Numbered from the stretch's first letter, positions 30,173 through 40,317 are shown. The stretch: 64,000 bases of DNA from an uncultured Methanosarcinales archaeon (GCA_964460605.1 CAYWPT010000001.1:33548-97547); one strand, 5' to 3'. Translations and numbers: made by a program. The notes: generated from the sequence alone by a model not told the origin.

Positions 30173-30757
30173 TTATGCAATTTCCCCACTTGCTTGTTTA
30201 ATGGAATATAATTCGCCATTCAAGTCTACTTTGCCTTCATCGATTAATCTATCAAGATAATCTCCTAGCTTTTCTTTTTCAACACCAGTTAACTTAGATA
30301 GTTGGTTTAAGTTTAAATCACTTTTGCCTAAGAGTACTAAAAGATAGTTTCTTAAGAGACCCGCCATATTTTTTTGTAAAATCTGATTTCTCATATTCAG
30401 CTGCTTAGCAATCATATCTACTTGGTGTAATCTTGCTTGTAGATCGTTTAATACATGTGAGAATTCCCTATCGTTTAATGTAAGACTTTTTGGTTCAACA
30501 ATTTCGATAATACTTGGCATGTAATCAAAACAAAAAGACACGATATTGTCAATTTTTTCTGTGCTAAAATCGAGTTCTGCAAAAGCCACCCATAAATCTG
30601 TATTATCTTGCTTTTTTCCTTCAGCGAGTTCTAGATTTTCAAGTTTATAATTCTCATCTTTTTGGAATTTCTCAAGATATCCCTTCAAAGAATTTTCAAC
30701 ATGTTCTTTGGGCTTTCCCATTACTTCAATTAATGCTCTACATACTACTTTTGTCAT
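30173..30757 (-). CDS. Hypothetical protein with C-terminal winged-helix-like segment
   Basis: IEVMGKPKEHV...FDYMPSIIEIVEP...coiled coil...LSKLTGV..LDRLIDEGKV; 1 bp upstream of scpB. Confidence 0.75.
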   Translation of the reverse strand: MTKVVCRALIEVMGKPKEHVENSLKGYLEKFQKDENYKLENLELAEGKKQDNTDLWVAFAELDFSTEKIDNIVSFCFDYMPSIIEIVEPKSLTLNDREFSHVLNDLQARLHQVDMIAKQLNMRNQILQKNMAGLLRNYLLVLLGKSDLNLNQLSKLTGVEKEKLGDYLDRLIDEGKVDLNGELYSIKQASGEIA

Positions 30758-30806
30758 AAGATATCTTTGTGAGAAAGGAGTTTTTAAGCTTTTTGGAAAT
30801 GTGATT

Positions 30807-32642
30807 TTATTTCTTTATAATAAGGTAGGATAAGAGTAAAATAAAGCTTAAAGCAAAGAAGTAAGGAACTAAGTGAATTGTCTTGGCAGCGCTACTCTCA
30901 TAGACTATGACTCCTGAGCGATTCATGACTTTTTGGTCTTTTTTAATACTTATTTTTTCTTGATAATTATTTTCGCTTGCTTCTGCCTGTGTGAGAGTTT
31001 GTATAGTATCATCAACAATAAATTCTTGGACAATGACTTCTTTTTCAAAAGTCTCACAAGTTTTTTTGCTAATATCATCGATGGAAAATTTTTCTTTGAT
31101 TTCTTGACCAAAACCTTTAATGTAAAGGGTGGCACTTCCATCTGCAATTTTTTCATTACAATTTGGGGTAAGCTCTAATGGTACTGTAAATATTCCTTCT
31201 GAAAATTTTTCTTGCATGTCTACTTTAGTTCTTTTTGTAATACTTTTATCAGATTTTTCAGCCCAGAGCTCAATAACATTTTTTGTCTCATCCCCTTTGT
31301 AAGCTTGGAATTTTACCCTGAATGTATCTCCCCAAGAAACTTCTTCATCTTTTCCAAAATCATAAAAATCAATAAAAAATATTTCTGATTCATTCTTTTG
31401 ATACTCAGGATTTACTGCAAGAAGTCTTTTTACAATATCGTTCTTTTCATTATAATCCTCACAGGAATTTTCCTCTATCCAAAACGCTAATTGGTAAGAA
31501 CCTTTTTTCAAATTTGGTGAATAAGATTTACTTTGACTAGTTGTGATTTCTTTATTTGTCCAAGGAGAATAACTCTCTACTTTTTTACCAAACAAATCTT
31601 GTATCTCCCCTTTTACACTAAGATTACTTTTAAGACCATCCAGTCTATTTGTTTCTATTGTAAAAGAAAGATCGTCACCCTGAAAAATTGCGTCTTCATA
31701 GGCGATATCTAAACCCCAATCACATTGAGGGTTGTACTGATTTTCTGCATTTGGCGTTGGAAGAGTTTGGTGCCAAATATCGTCAATTAAAGACCAAGAC
31801 ATCCCTTCTGTGCTTCCTGCAAAATTAGTGTAAGCAATCTTAGCGTCTCCAACATAAAGAGAGAGTTCTTCGAAGTCATAATTATTCAATGAAAAATCAC
31901 TATCTCCGTCTTTGTAAATTACCTTATAATTATTTGGATGGATTAAAGTAGAAGCGCCCATTGTTTTTGTTTGTGCAATAATTAATTCGTTTTCTTTTTT
32001 TATATCGGTAAAATAGAGGCCTTTAAGGTCTATAGTTTTTTCACCATCATTGTATAATTCAATCCATTCACCATTTGGTTTATCTGCCCCATCTTCTCCA
32101 AAAGGGTTTGCTAAGAATTCTGTGATGAAAATATTTTCAAATTCAATTGAAATTTCAGATATGCTATTCTCTTCTCCTGGGCTTCCACCTTGCGTGAGAG
32201 ATTCTCCCCATGTTCCATCACTTCTTCTTTCTAAAGTTAAATTGTTATTATTTGCTAATTTATCATTTGTTAAATAGGTATAATCAAAAGAAGTATTACA
32301 CCATTCACTACCATTGAGAATAAGCTCTTTTCCAGAATTTACTAAACTAAAAGTTATTTCCTGATAATTTTCTGGTTCTTTAAAATAATATGAAAAATTT
32401 TCATAATCTCTTAAGATAATTTTGTAACTATTTGCCGAAATGTTCCCTTCAAGTTCTTTGCCCATCAAACTACATTGACTAATATCTATTATCTCATCCA
32501 CTCCATTATACAATTCTATCCATTCGCATTGTGCATCTGGACATTGTCCTGGATCATACATGACTTCATTAATTAATATTTGTGCAGAAACTAAGCTTGA
32601 GAAGAGTATGAACATGAACGTGCCTAAAAGGGATAGTTTCAT
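30807..32642 (-). CDS. Secreted lamin-tail-domain surface protein with C-terminal TM anchor
   Basis: Signal peptide; two LTD motifs INEVMYDP..EWIELYN and ITEFLANP..EWIELYN; terminal TM. Confidence 0.85.
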   Translation of the reverse strand: MKLSLLGTFMFILFSSLVSAQILINEVMYDPGQCPDAQCEWIELYNGVDEIIDISQCSLMGKELEGNISANSYKIILRDYENFSYYFKEPENYQEITFSLVNSGKELILNGSEWCNTSFDYTYLTNDKLANNNNLTLERRSDGTWGESLTQGGSPGEENSISEISIEFENIFITEFLANPFGEDGADKPNGEWIELYNDGEKTIDLKGLYFTDIKKENELIIAQTKTMGASTLIHPNNYKVIYKDGDSDFSLNNYDFEELSLYVGDAKIAYTNFAGSTEGMSWSLIDDIWHQTLPTPNAENQYNPQCDWGLDIAYEDAIFQGDDLSFTIETNRLDGLKSNLSVKGEIQDLFGKKVESYSPWTNKEITTSQSKSYSPNLKKGSYQLAFWIEENSCEDYNEKNDIVKRLLAVNPEYQKNESEIFFIDFYDFGKDEEVSWGDTFRVKFQAYKGDETKNVIELWAEKSDKSITKRTKVDMQEKFSEGIFTVPLELTPNCNEKIADGSATLYIKGFGQEIKEKFSIDDISKKTCETFEKEVIVQEFIVDDTIQTLTQAEASENNYQEKISIKKDQKVMNRSGVIVYESSAAKTIHLVPYFFALSFILLLSYLIIKK

Positions 32643-33030
32643 AAAGAAAAAACAAGACATCTAGAATAAAAAACTAATCTAAATACACTATTTACTCTGT
32701 TATAGGTACTTGGATGACATATGCTTACTTATGGTGATTTGGGCGATTTTTAGATGATTTTTATAAAAATAGATTAAAAATGAGATAATAGAGGTAAAGT
32801 GAGAAGATTAGAACATTATGGGCTTTCTGGCCCTGATGCCTTTTGACACATTTATCGTTACGAAATTTCTCTTGATAATAAAATTATCATTACAAGAAAA
32901 GATAGCCAAAAACCATTAATTAGACAAATACCTATTGCAATGGTTGTCTCTCGAAATTTGTTTTTGAAAAGTTACTATTCTAAAATACTCAAGAAACTTT
33001 AAAAGCGAAATTACTTTGTTTTCTTAGATT

Positions 33031-33570
33031 ATGGGATTATTTTTTAGAAAGAAAAGGCCAAGCACAGGGATACCGGCACCAATTAGAAAATTTGGTGACT
33101 CAGAAGCACTCAAACTTCCAAGTAAAGATGGAGCTGAGAGAGTGATTACCCCTAAGGCTAAACAGTTCAAAAAAGCTGCAGGTGTAGAAGGTGGTTTTGA
33201 TAAGCAACTCAAAGATGATATGATTCCTATGCCGCCGAGTAGACCTCCTAGAGCTGCTCCACTTCCAAGTCGTCCAAGTCCAAAACTCCCAGATTTAGGT
33301 GCTCCTTTACCTGATATGCCAGAGAGACCTCTTGTTTCAGTTAAGTTAAATAATCAGGACGGACCAGTTTTTGTTGGAATGGAAAATTATAAGATGATAC
33401 TCAACGAAATCAAAGATGCTAAAAAGGAACTAAACGATTTAGCCGAGATTAGCAGAAATTTAGAAAAATCAGAATTTAGTGAAGAAAAAAGTTTTGGAGA
33501 TCTTCGATCTTCAGTAAAAAGTTTACACGATAAACTACTTAGCGTAGATGAAGTGTTATTCAAACAGTAG
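33031..33570 (+). CDS. Hypothetical protein: proline-rich linker plus C-terminal coiled-coil module
   Basis: PPSRPPRAAPLPSRPSP, then PVFVGMENY and ~60 aa of heptads. Confidence 0.75.
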   Translation: MGLFFRKKRPSTGIPAPIRKFGDSEALKLPSKDGAERVITPKAKQFKKAAGVEGGFDKQLKDDMIPMPPSRPPRAAPLPSRPSPKLPDLGAPLPDMPERPLVSVKLNNQDGPVFVGMENYKMILNEIKDAKKELNDLAEISRNLEKSEFSEEKSFGDLRSSVKSLHDKLLSVDEVLFKQ

Positions 33571-33577
33571 GTGATTA

Positions 33578-33808
33578 ATGATGGAAAAAATGCCTGTATT
33601 TGTACAAGTTGAAGATTACAGAGACGTATTAGCACTCTTACGTGCAATTGAAAAGAAGGTTGATGATGCAAAAGATACCTTATTGAGAATTAACGAATTA
33701 AAAAATGAGGAAGATGAATTAGTTGAACATTGGCAAAATGGACTTGCTGAAGTTGAGAAAAAGATTGAATTTATTAATCACTCATTAAATGAACCAGAAC
33801 ATTTCTAA
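33578..33808 (+). CDS. Hypothetical small coiled-coil protein
   Basis: GGTGA ribosome-binding site; PVFVQVEDY plus heptads. Confidence 0.8.
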   Translation: MMEKMPVFVQVEDYRDVLALLRAIEKKVDDAKDTLLRINELKNEEDELVEHWQNGLAEVEKKIEFINHSLNEPEHF

Positions 33809-33809
33809 A

Positions 33810-34325
33810 ATGGCTCGAAAGAAAAAGAAGACTACACGAAGAAAGAGTACAAAAAAACGAAGCAGAAGCACTCGTAAGAAAATAGTAAAGAGTCCTCCAA
33901 GAGATAAACAACCATCCTATATGGTAAGAGTTGGGGAACCAAAATCTGTTCGAAAAGACGTATTAGAATCTTTACGTGAGGTTATCTTAATTATGCAAGC
34001 ATATGAAGAATTTAAAAGAATCCAAGCTGAGAAAAAAATTGTTTTTGCTCAATTAAAAGACGATGTAAAAGAACTCAACAATATGATTGATAATAGGTTA
34101 CGTTTCTATTTACCTAAAGGAAAGTTAACATTAGCACTTAAAAAAGAAAAAATTCAAGAAGATCAAAGAGTAAAATTAATGCGTGAATCAGTTGCTAAGG
34201 TTACTCCAAAAGTTGTTGGGTTAAAAGCTAAAGCCGTACCAGTAGCTCCAAAAAAGAGTGAGAAAGGCCTAGAAGACCTAGAGATGCAATTAGCAAGTAT
34301 TGAAAAACAATTAGGCGACATGTAA
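33810..34325 (+). CDS. Hypothetical protein: basic N-tail plus coiled coil
   Basis: MARKKKKTTRRK..., YMVRV..heptads, C-terminal LEDLEMQLASIEKQL. Confidence 0.75.
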   Translation: MARKKKKTTRRKSTKKRSRSTRKKIVKSPPRDKQPSYMVRVGEPKSVRKDVLESLREVILIMQAYEEFKRIQAEKKIVFAQLKDDVKELNNMIDNRLRFYLPKGKLTLALKKEKIQEDQRVKLMRESVAKVTPKVVGLKAKAVPVAPKKSEKGLEDLEMQLASIEKQLGDM

Positions 34326-34436
34326 TTATTATTTCTTTTTTCATATAAACAAAAAGCTACTTTTTGAGATAAGAAATTAAATCTTCGTTTAATTTCATAT
34401 AATTTTATAAAAGACTTCTAGCTTGAGCTATTTAAT

Positions 34437-34520
34437 GCGAGTGTGCCGGAGTGGTCAAACGGGGCGGACTCAAAATCCGTTAGCTTAGTGCTTACGCAGG
34501 TTCGAGCCCTGCCACTCGCA
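34437..34520 (+). tRNA. tRNA-Leu(CAA)
   Basis: GCGAGTG/CACTCGC acceptor, GCGGA-CTCAAAA-TCCGT, long variable arm. Confidence 0.96.
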
Positions 34521-34569
34521 TTTTCTAAAACAAAGGATTTTTAAATCAGGTTAATAGTTATAGTTTAAA

Positions 34570-35913
34570 ATGGGAATTGAAGTATGCACAATTGGCGGTT
34601 TCTCCGAATGTGGAAGAAATTGTACAGCAGTGAGAGTTGATGACGAAGTAGTTATCTTAGACATTGGTTTAGAGATGGAAAACTATATTCGTCATACACA
34701 AAGTGAACGAGAAAATTTAGTAAAATTAAACTACAAAGATTTAGTCCGTGTTAATGCTGTTCCTAATTTAGATTTAATCAATGATTGGAAAGATAAAGTT
34801 GTGGCGATTGTTCCTTCACATGCACACTTAGACCATATTGGAGCGATTCCTTTTGCAGCCCCCATGTTTCCTAAAGTTCCTATTATTTCTACACCTTATA
34901 CGGTAGAAGTTATCAAAAGTATTCTCAAAGACGAGAGGATTAGATTAAAAAATAGATTAATTGGACAAAATCCAAATTCTAAGTATAAATTATCTGATAA
35001 AATTACTATTGAATTTGTAAATATTACACATAGTATTCCACACACAGCAATTGTTGTTTTACACACACCTTATGGAAAAGTAATGTATGCAAACGATTAC
35101 AAAATTGACCTTACTCCAACTTTAGGACAAAAACCTAATTTTAAGCGTCTTAAAGAGTTAGCAGAAGAAGGAATTGATTTACTTATTAGTGAAACACTTT
35201 ATGCAGATCATCATTCAAAATGTCCATCCGAAGCAATTGCACGTCAAATGCTCAGAGATTTAATTGCAGGAACAGACCATACAGGCCAAGGTATTATTGT
35301 AACCACCTTCGCTTCACACATTGCTCGTTTAAAGAGTGCAATTGAAATTGGGAAAAAATTAGATCGTAAGATTGTCTTATTTGGTAGATCACTTAAGAAA
35401 TATATCACTGCAGCTGAGAATATTGGGATTATAAACTTCTCTAAAGATGTCAAAATGTATAGTAGACGTCATGAACTTGAGAAAGTTATGCGACAAATCA
35501 ACAAAGAAGGTATGGATAAGTATATGATTATTTGTACCGGACATCAAGGTGAACCTGGTGCTGTTTTATCTCGTATCTCTGATGGTCGTTTACCTTTAAA
35601 ATTAAGTAAAAGAGATTTAGTTGTCTTTTCATGTTCAGTAATTCCGGTTGAGCTAAATATTCAGAATAGATTAGAGTTAGAGCGTAAATTAAAAGGAAAA
35701 GGTGCACGACTCTTTGTAGATGTACACGTATCAGGTCATGGACACAGAGAAGATTACCGTGAACTTATTGAAATGATTAAACCAAAACATGTCATCCCTG
35801 CCCATGCTGGACACCAAAAAGCTGAACATATGAAAGAATTATGTTTAGAGATTGGTTATGTGGATAAGGAAACATTCCATATGATGGAGAATGGTAAACG
35901 TTTATTACTATAA
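34570..35913 (+). CDS. rnj: Ribonuclease J (beta-CASP MBL fold)
   Basis: SHAHLDHIGA, THSIP, TTFASHIAR, TGHQGEP, HVSGH, PAHAG. Confidence 0.95.
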   Translation: MGIEVCTIGGFSECGRNCTAVRVDDEVVILDIGLEMENYIRHTQSERENLVKLNYKDLVRVNAVPNLDLINDWKDKVVAIVPSHAHLDHIGAIPFAAPMFPKVPIISTPYTVEVIKSILKDERIRLKNRLIGQNPNSKYKLSDKITIEFVNITHSIPHTAIVVLHTPYGKVMYANDYKIDLTPTLGQKPNFKRLKELAEEGIDLLISETLYADHHSKCPSEAIARQMLRDLIAGTDHTGQGIIVTTFASHIARLKSAIEIGKKLDRKIVLFGRSLKKYITAAENIGIINFSKDVKMYSRRHELEKVMRQINKEGMDKYMIICTGHQGEPGAVLSRISDGRLPLKLSKRDLVVFSCSVIPVELNIQNRLELERKLKGKGARLFVDVHVSGHGHREDYRELIEMIKPKHVIPAHAGHQKAEHMKELCLEIGYVDKETFHMMENGKRLLL

Positions 35914-35915
35914 TT

Positions 35916-37250
35916 TTATTTTGCTTTACGATATTTTCCTTGACTAATCCATCTTGTTTTTACGACTTTGGGCATTCTATCATGAACAATAAATCCCTTT
36001 TTTTGTGGTTCTACATAAAATATTTCTTTATACTTGAATTTATCAATTTTTTTTGCTTCTTCTTTTCCATTAGAAAAGCCAGGAGGAACTACACCAGTTG
36101 CTAAAGTAGGCAATGCTTCTGCAGTATAACAAGAAAAATCTCCTGGAGCCATGCTCGCAGTGCTAACTAGAAAAGTGCGGGGCATATTTGGGAGAATATA
36201 AATTATTTGATCTCTTCTTGTTACTTGTTTTATTTCTTTAAGATGTTTTCTTGAATCAAAAAGAATATCTGCGAGAGTGTTTTCTGCAGTGAGTTTTCTT
36301 ACTCTTCTCCAAGAAGGGATCCTAAAACTATCTTCAACAGTGAGAAGAAGATCCCCTAACCATTTATCTTGACAATGTGAATTATCTTTAAGTGATTTTG
36401 CCTCAGGAACAGCTAAAAATGCTTGTGTCCTTCTTCCAAAAACTTTTGGAACATCTTTTCTAAGAATTTCTTCAAGTTCAGAGATTGAAGTATCTTTACT
36501 CGCTGAGAGTGTATTACTTGTTTCTGCATCAAAAGTTGTAGTTGTTAAATCAGTATCATCACCTAAAGTTTTCAAAACTTCTAATGAAGCACCATTCCAC
36601 TTATCTGAATATACTGCAATCGCTGAAGCTGCATGATTATCTGAGTAAGCGATACCTGTTTGGATTTGGGCATAAGCCATAAATGAAGAAAAGAGTACTG
36701 AAAAATCTTCACAATCTCCATTACCATCCAATAAAGTTTGGAATGGATATTTAGCAAAATCTGCTTTTGGATCATTTTTGCTCCCGTCCGCCATCCAATC
36801 AAAAAACCAACCAGTTAAAGGTGCATGATAGGCATATAAATCTGGTTGATATTCTACATTATCATTAATAAATTCAAGAACATTGACAACATAATCTAAT
36901 TCATCTTCTGAATTATCCCATAATGCTTTAGCCATAGGTGATATTTGTTGTTGAACTACAAAATATTCTGCTCCTAATCCTGCAAATTTTTCTGAATCTT
37001 TGTACATAACAATTACATGATCTTTCAGATAAGAAATTCCTTTTTCTTCCCCATCTAAGGTGTAAGTTGTAGTTATTATCTCTTCTAATCCTGATTGAAG
37101 ATAATATTCACCACCCATAACTACTGTAGTTTGGTCTAAAGCATATTGCCCTGCAGAGAATACTCCATAAGCTAAAAGAACTGAAGCTGCTAAAGCTGGC
37201 ATTAGCATATCTTCTTTTCTTCTTTCATCCCAATAATCTTCATTATCCAT
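35916..37250 (-). CDS. Membrane-anchored transglutaminase-like protein
   Basis: N-terminal TM; YPFQTLLDGNGDCEDFSVL and NHAA (Cys-His). Confidence 0.75.
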   Translation of the reverse strand: MDNEDYWDERRKEDMLMPALAASVLLAYGVFSAGQYALDQTTVVMGGEYYLQSGLEEIITTTYTLDGEEKGISYLKDHVIVMYKDSEKFAGLGAEYFVVQQQISPMAKALWDNSEDELDYVVNVLEFINDNVEYQPDLYAYHAPLTGWFFDWMADGSKNDPKADFAKYPFQTLLDGNGDCEDFSVLFSSFMAYAQIQTGIAYSDNHAASAIAVYSDKWNGASLEVLKTLGDDTDLTTTTFDAETSNTLSASKDTSISELEEILRKDVPKVFGRRTQAFLAVPEAKSLKDNSHCQDKWLGDLLLTVEDSFRIPSWRRVRKLTAENTLADILFDSRKHLKEIKQVTRRDQIIYILPNMPRTFLVSTASMAPGDFSCYTAEALPTLATGVVPPGFSNGKEEAKKIDKFKYKEIFYVEPQKKGFIVHDRMPKVVKTRWISQGKYRKAK

Positions 37251-37385
37251 ACTATTTGTTCATATTTGAGTATATTTTTAAACTTTAACAAAAATTCTTA
37301 ATATATTCTAGAGCACACATGAAGTCTTAATTACAGCAAATTTTATAAGGAACTTTACTTGAATTAAAGCTGAGGGTAAAAGACT

Positions 37386-38132
37386 ATGAAATTTGTTTTA
37401 GCAGACGTACGATTTTTTAAAGATAGCATTTCAATTGCTTCAGAACTTGTGAACGAAGTTACTTTTAAAGCGAGCACCGATGGGCTTGAAATGGTTTCAA
37501 TGGATCCAGCAAATGTTGCTATGATTATTCTTAAAATCTTAAGCAGTAGTTTCGTGGAATACAACATTGAAGGTGAAGAAGAATTAAGCGTAAGTTTAAC
37601 CAGTTTAAAACAAATTTTGAAAAGATCTAAAGCTGATGATGTCTTAAGTTTTGAGACTACTGAAGATAGTAAGTTAAAAATTCAGCTAAAAGGTAAAACT
37701 ACCCGTTCATTTAGTATTCCTTTATTAGAAATTGATGATAGGGAGCAAAGAGTACCTGAATTAAGTTTTCCAGTATCAGTTACCATGGCTTCTAGTACAT
37801 TAGGAGATTCTATTGAAGATGTAAGTATTGTAGCTGAATCAGTTACTTTTTTAGGTGATAAAGAACAATTACTTGTAAAAGCCCAAGGTGATTTGAGTAA
37901 AGCATTTATCGAAATCAAACCTGATGATAATACAGTTATCAAAACAGATTCTGAAGAGAAGTTTAAAGCTAAATATTCTTTAGAATATTTGAAAAAAATG
38001 ATGTCTGGAGCTAAACTAAGTAATGATGTTACTCTACGGTTCAACACTGATTATCCTTTACGTTTAGATTATACTGTTGTAGATAGATTATCAATGAGTT
38101 TTATTCTAGCTCCTCGTGTTGACAATGACTAA
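37386..38132 (+). CDS. pcn: PCNA sliding clamp
   Basis: SMDPANVAM, KYSLEYL, DYPLRLDY, FILAPRV. Confidence 0.97.
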   Translation: MKFVLADVRFFKDSISIASELVNEVTFKASTDGLEMVSMDPANVAMIILKILSSSFVEYNIEGEEELSVSLTSLKQILKRSKADDVLSFETTEDSKLKIQLKGKTTRSFSIPLLEIDDREQRVPELSFPVSVTMASSTLGDSIEDVSIVAESVTFLGDKEQLLVKAQGDLSKAFIEIKPDDNTVIKTDSEEKFKAKYSLEYLKKMMSGAKLSNDVTLRFNTDYPLRLDYTVVDRLSMSFILAPRVDND

Positions 38133-38595
38133 GCAATTAGTTTTACCTGGAATGGAAGAAGCATTAGCCATTCCTCTTGCTGAAACTCCCACTCGTTTTT
38201 TAGCAATTTATTTTTCTTTAGGTCGTTACACAGAAGATGATAGAGCACCTGAATTAGTTAATTATGATTGTCCTTTTGATGACTCTCCTGCTTTTGAAGC
38301 AGATTCTAAAGACGCCTTAGTTGCAATGATAACTGATCTTTATAATGGAGGGGATCAAAGAAATTATTCTCATGCAAGACCAATAGGTATGGACTTTGAA
38401 TCAGTTATGCCTGATATCATTGTTGATGGAAATGGAAAGATCTTAGATGAGCTTTATGATAGTTTAGCCATCGATCTTGAAGTAGAAGGTGCTAGACATC
38501 CAAAAAGAAAGCCACTGAGTGAAACCCTTTATTCTTTGGGAAGAGAGAGTCTTGCTGATCTTTGGGAGAGAGAAAGCCATAGGTGGGTTAGTTAG
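38125..38595 (+). CDS. Hypothetical acidic protein
   Basis: ORF overlapping the PCNA stop codon. Confidence 0.6.
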   Translation: MTKQLVLPGMEEALAIPLAETPTRFLAIYFSLGRYTEDDRAPELVNYDCPFDDSPAFEADSKDALVAMITDLYNGGDQRNYSHARPIGMDFESVMPDIIVDGNGKILDELYDSLAIDLEVEGARHPKRKPLSETLYSLGRESLADLWERESHRWVS

Positions 38596-38596
38596 A

Positions 38597-39082
38597 ATGA
38601 AAAAAGTCACCCTTACAGTAATTAGCTATGATAACAAAATACTTTTAGGTATGAAAAAAAGAGGTTTCGGAGCTAGAAAGTATAATGGTTTTGGTGGAAA
38701 ACCAGAAGAAGGGGAAACATTGTACAGCTGTGTTCTTAGAGAAACTGAAGAAGAAGCAGGGATTAAGTTACATGAGCCTAAATTATTTGGTGTTCTTGAT
38801 TTTTATTTTACACATAAACCTGAATGGAATCAACAAGTGCATGTATTCAAAGTGAGTTCTTTTGATGGTGAAGCAAAAGAGACTGAAGAGATGAAACCAG
38901 AAGTTTTTGCTCATAATGAAATTCCTTATGATAAAATGTGGGTAGATGATCTTCATTGGCTACCAAAAATTCTTGAAGGGAAAAAAGTTCGTGGAAGTTT
39001 TTCTTTCGCTGAAGATGGAAGTATTTCTGAATTTGATTTGAATGAAGTTGAAGAACTTGAATGGAAAGCTAACAAGAATTGA
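38597..39082 (+). CDS. 8-oxo-dGTP diphosphatase (MTH1/NUDT1-like)
   Basis: LLGMKKRGFG, NGFGGK, RETEEEAG, ETEEMKP, PYDKMWVDD. Confidence 0.92.
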   Translation: MKKVTLTVISYDNKILLGMKKRGFGARKYNGFGGKPEEGETLYSCVLRETEEEAGIKLHEPKLFGVLDFYFTHKPEWNQQVHVFKVSSFDGEAKETEEMKPEVFAHNEIPYDKMWVDDLHWLPKILEGKKVRGSFSFAEDGSISEFDLNEVEELEWKANKN

Positions 39083-39093
39083 AAATTCTTGGA

Positions 39094-39126
39094 AGCTCCC
39101 AGAAAATTTTTCATTTTCCGATAGCT
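39094..39126. repeat. Palindromic ~30-bp element (degenerate)
   Basis: agctcccagaaaatt-ttt-cattttccgatagct. Confidence 0.65.
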
Positions 39127-39156
39127 ATATAAGCAAGTTCTTAGTATTTTTGTTTT

Positions 39157-39375
39157 ATGACAATTTACGCAGAAGGAATTATTTGGTATGTCTTATTAGC
39201 AGATTGCATTACGTATAACATTCTTACTTGGTCTAAAGGGAAAATGCACGATAGGGTAAATCATTGGATTAGCGATTATTTTCCATTAAAAAAAGCAATT
39301 GGGCTTTGGTATTTAGTAATGATGATTTGGTTGGGATCTGCATTATATAGGATGCAAATCATAAAAATCTGGTAA
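39157..39375 (+). CDS. Small 2-TM hypothetical protein
   Basis: 72 aa, two hydrophobic segments, TATA upstream. Confidence 0.65.
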   Translation: MTIYAEGIIWYVLLADCITYNILTWSKGKMHDRVNHWISDYFPLKKAIGLWYLVMMIWLGSALYRMQIIKIW

Positions 39376-39516
39376 AAGCAGATTTTTAGATGCCAATAAA
39401 GTATTTTCTTTATTGAGCATCATCTTCTAATTCTAGAAAATATAGGACGGTTAAAGGGAAGTCTTTTATAGGGGTGACCCTTCAAAGCTCTCATTAACAT
39501 ATCGAGGTGTTATTAT

Positions 39517-40317
39517 ATGGAAAAAGAACATAGTCACGAACATGGACATGATCATTCTCATCATGACCACAGCCATCATGATCACAAACACGATCATCAC
39601 AAAGCTACAAGTTCTAAAAATAAAGATAATGAAATAGTGACCATTAGTAAAGTAAGTTTATGGCAAGGAATCGCTGGAGTATTAGCAGTTCTACTTGTTA
39701 TCTCAATTATTACTGGCGGTTTTGGAGGAGGCTCAGGTATTGCAGCTCCTACTGGAAATGGTGGAAGTGCTCCAACCGGAAACGCTGGTGCAGATACTGA
39801 ATTTTATGCTGCGGACGATCCTATGAAAGGAGATCCTGACGCTCCAGTAACCATTGTAGAGTTTAGCGATTTTGAATGTCCATTCTGTGGAAGATTCTAT
39901 TCACAAACTTATGGTTTAATTGAACAAAATTACATTAACACAGGAAAAGCAAACATTGTTTTCAGAGACTTTCCTTTAAGCTTTCATCAACAAGCTACTC
40001 CAGCTGCTTTAGCTGCTGAATGTGCAGATGATCAAGGTAAATTCTGGGAATATCACGACTTAATTTTCGAAAATCAAGGGGCTTTAAGCGATGCAAGTTA
40101 TACCGCATGGGCTCAACAACTTGGTCTAGATATGAACGAGTTTGACTCCTGTTACACTAGTAGAAAACATTTGGCTGAAGTACAAGAAGACTTCCAAGAA
40201 GGAGGAGCCTTAGGGATTACTGGAACTCCTGGATTCTTTGTTAACGGAAGACTGATTTCAGGTGCTCAGCCTTATAGTGTTTTCGAAGCTGCTATTGAAG
40301 CTGCTTTGAATGGCTAG
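39517..40317 (+). CDS. DsbA/BdbD-family thiol-disulfide oxidoreductase with His-rich N-terminus
   Basis: EFSDFECPFC, FRDFPL, GTPGF; TM anchor; poly-His leader. Confidence 0.93.
   Translation: MEKEHSHEHGHDHSHHDHSHHDHKHDHHKATSSKNKDNEIVTISKVSLWQGIAGVLAVLLVISIITGGFGGGSGIAAPTGNGGSAPTGNAGADTEFYAADDPMKGDPDAPVTIVEFSDFECPFCGRFYSQTYGLIEQNYINTGKANIVFRDFPLSFHQQATPAALAAECADDQGKFWEYHDLIFENQGALSDASYTAWAQQLGLDMNEFDSCYTSRKHLAEVQEDFQEGGALGITGTPGFFVNGRLISGAQPYSVFEAAIEAALNG

Noticed and set aside
17809..32846. Stop-codon reassignment to explain the in-frame TAA (17809) and TGA (32844)
   Set aside because: TAA, TAG and TGA all end conserved genes here (e.g. TGA for secF and atpA), and aRF1 has canonical NIKS and YxCxxxF motifs
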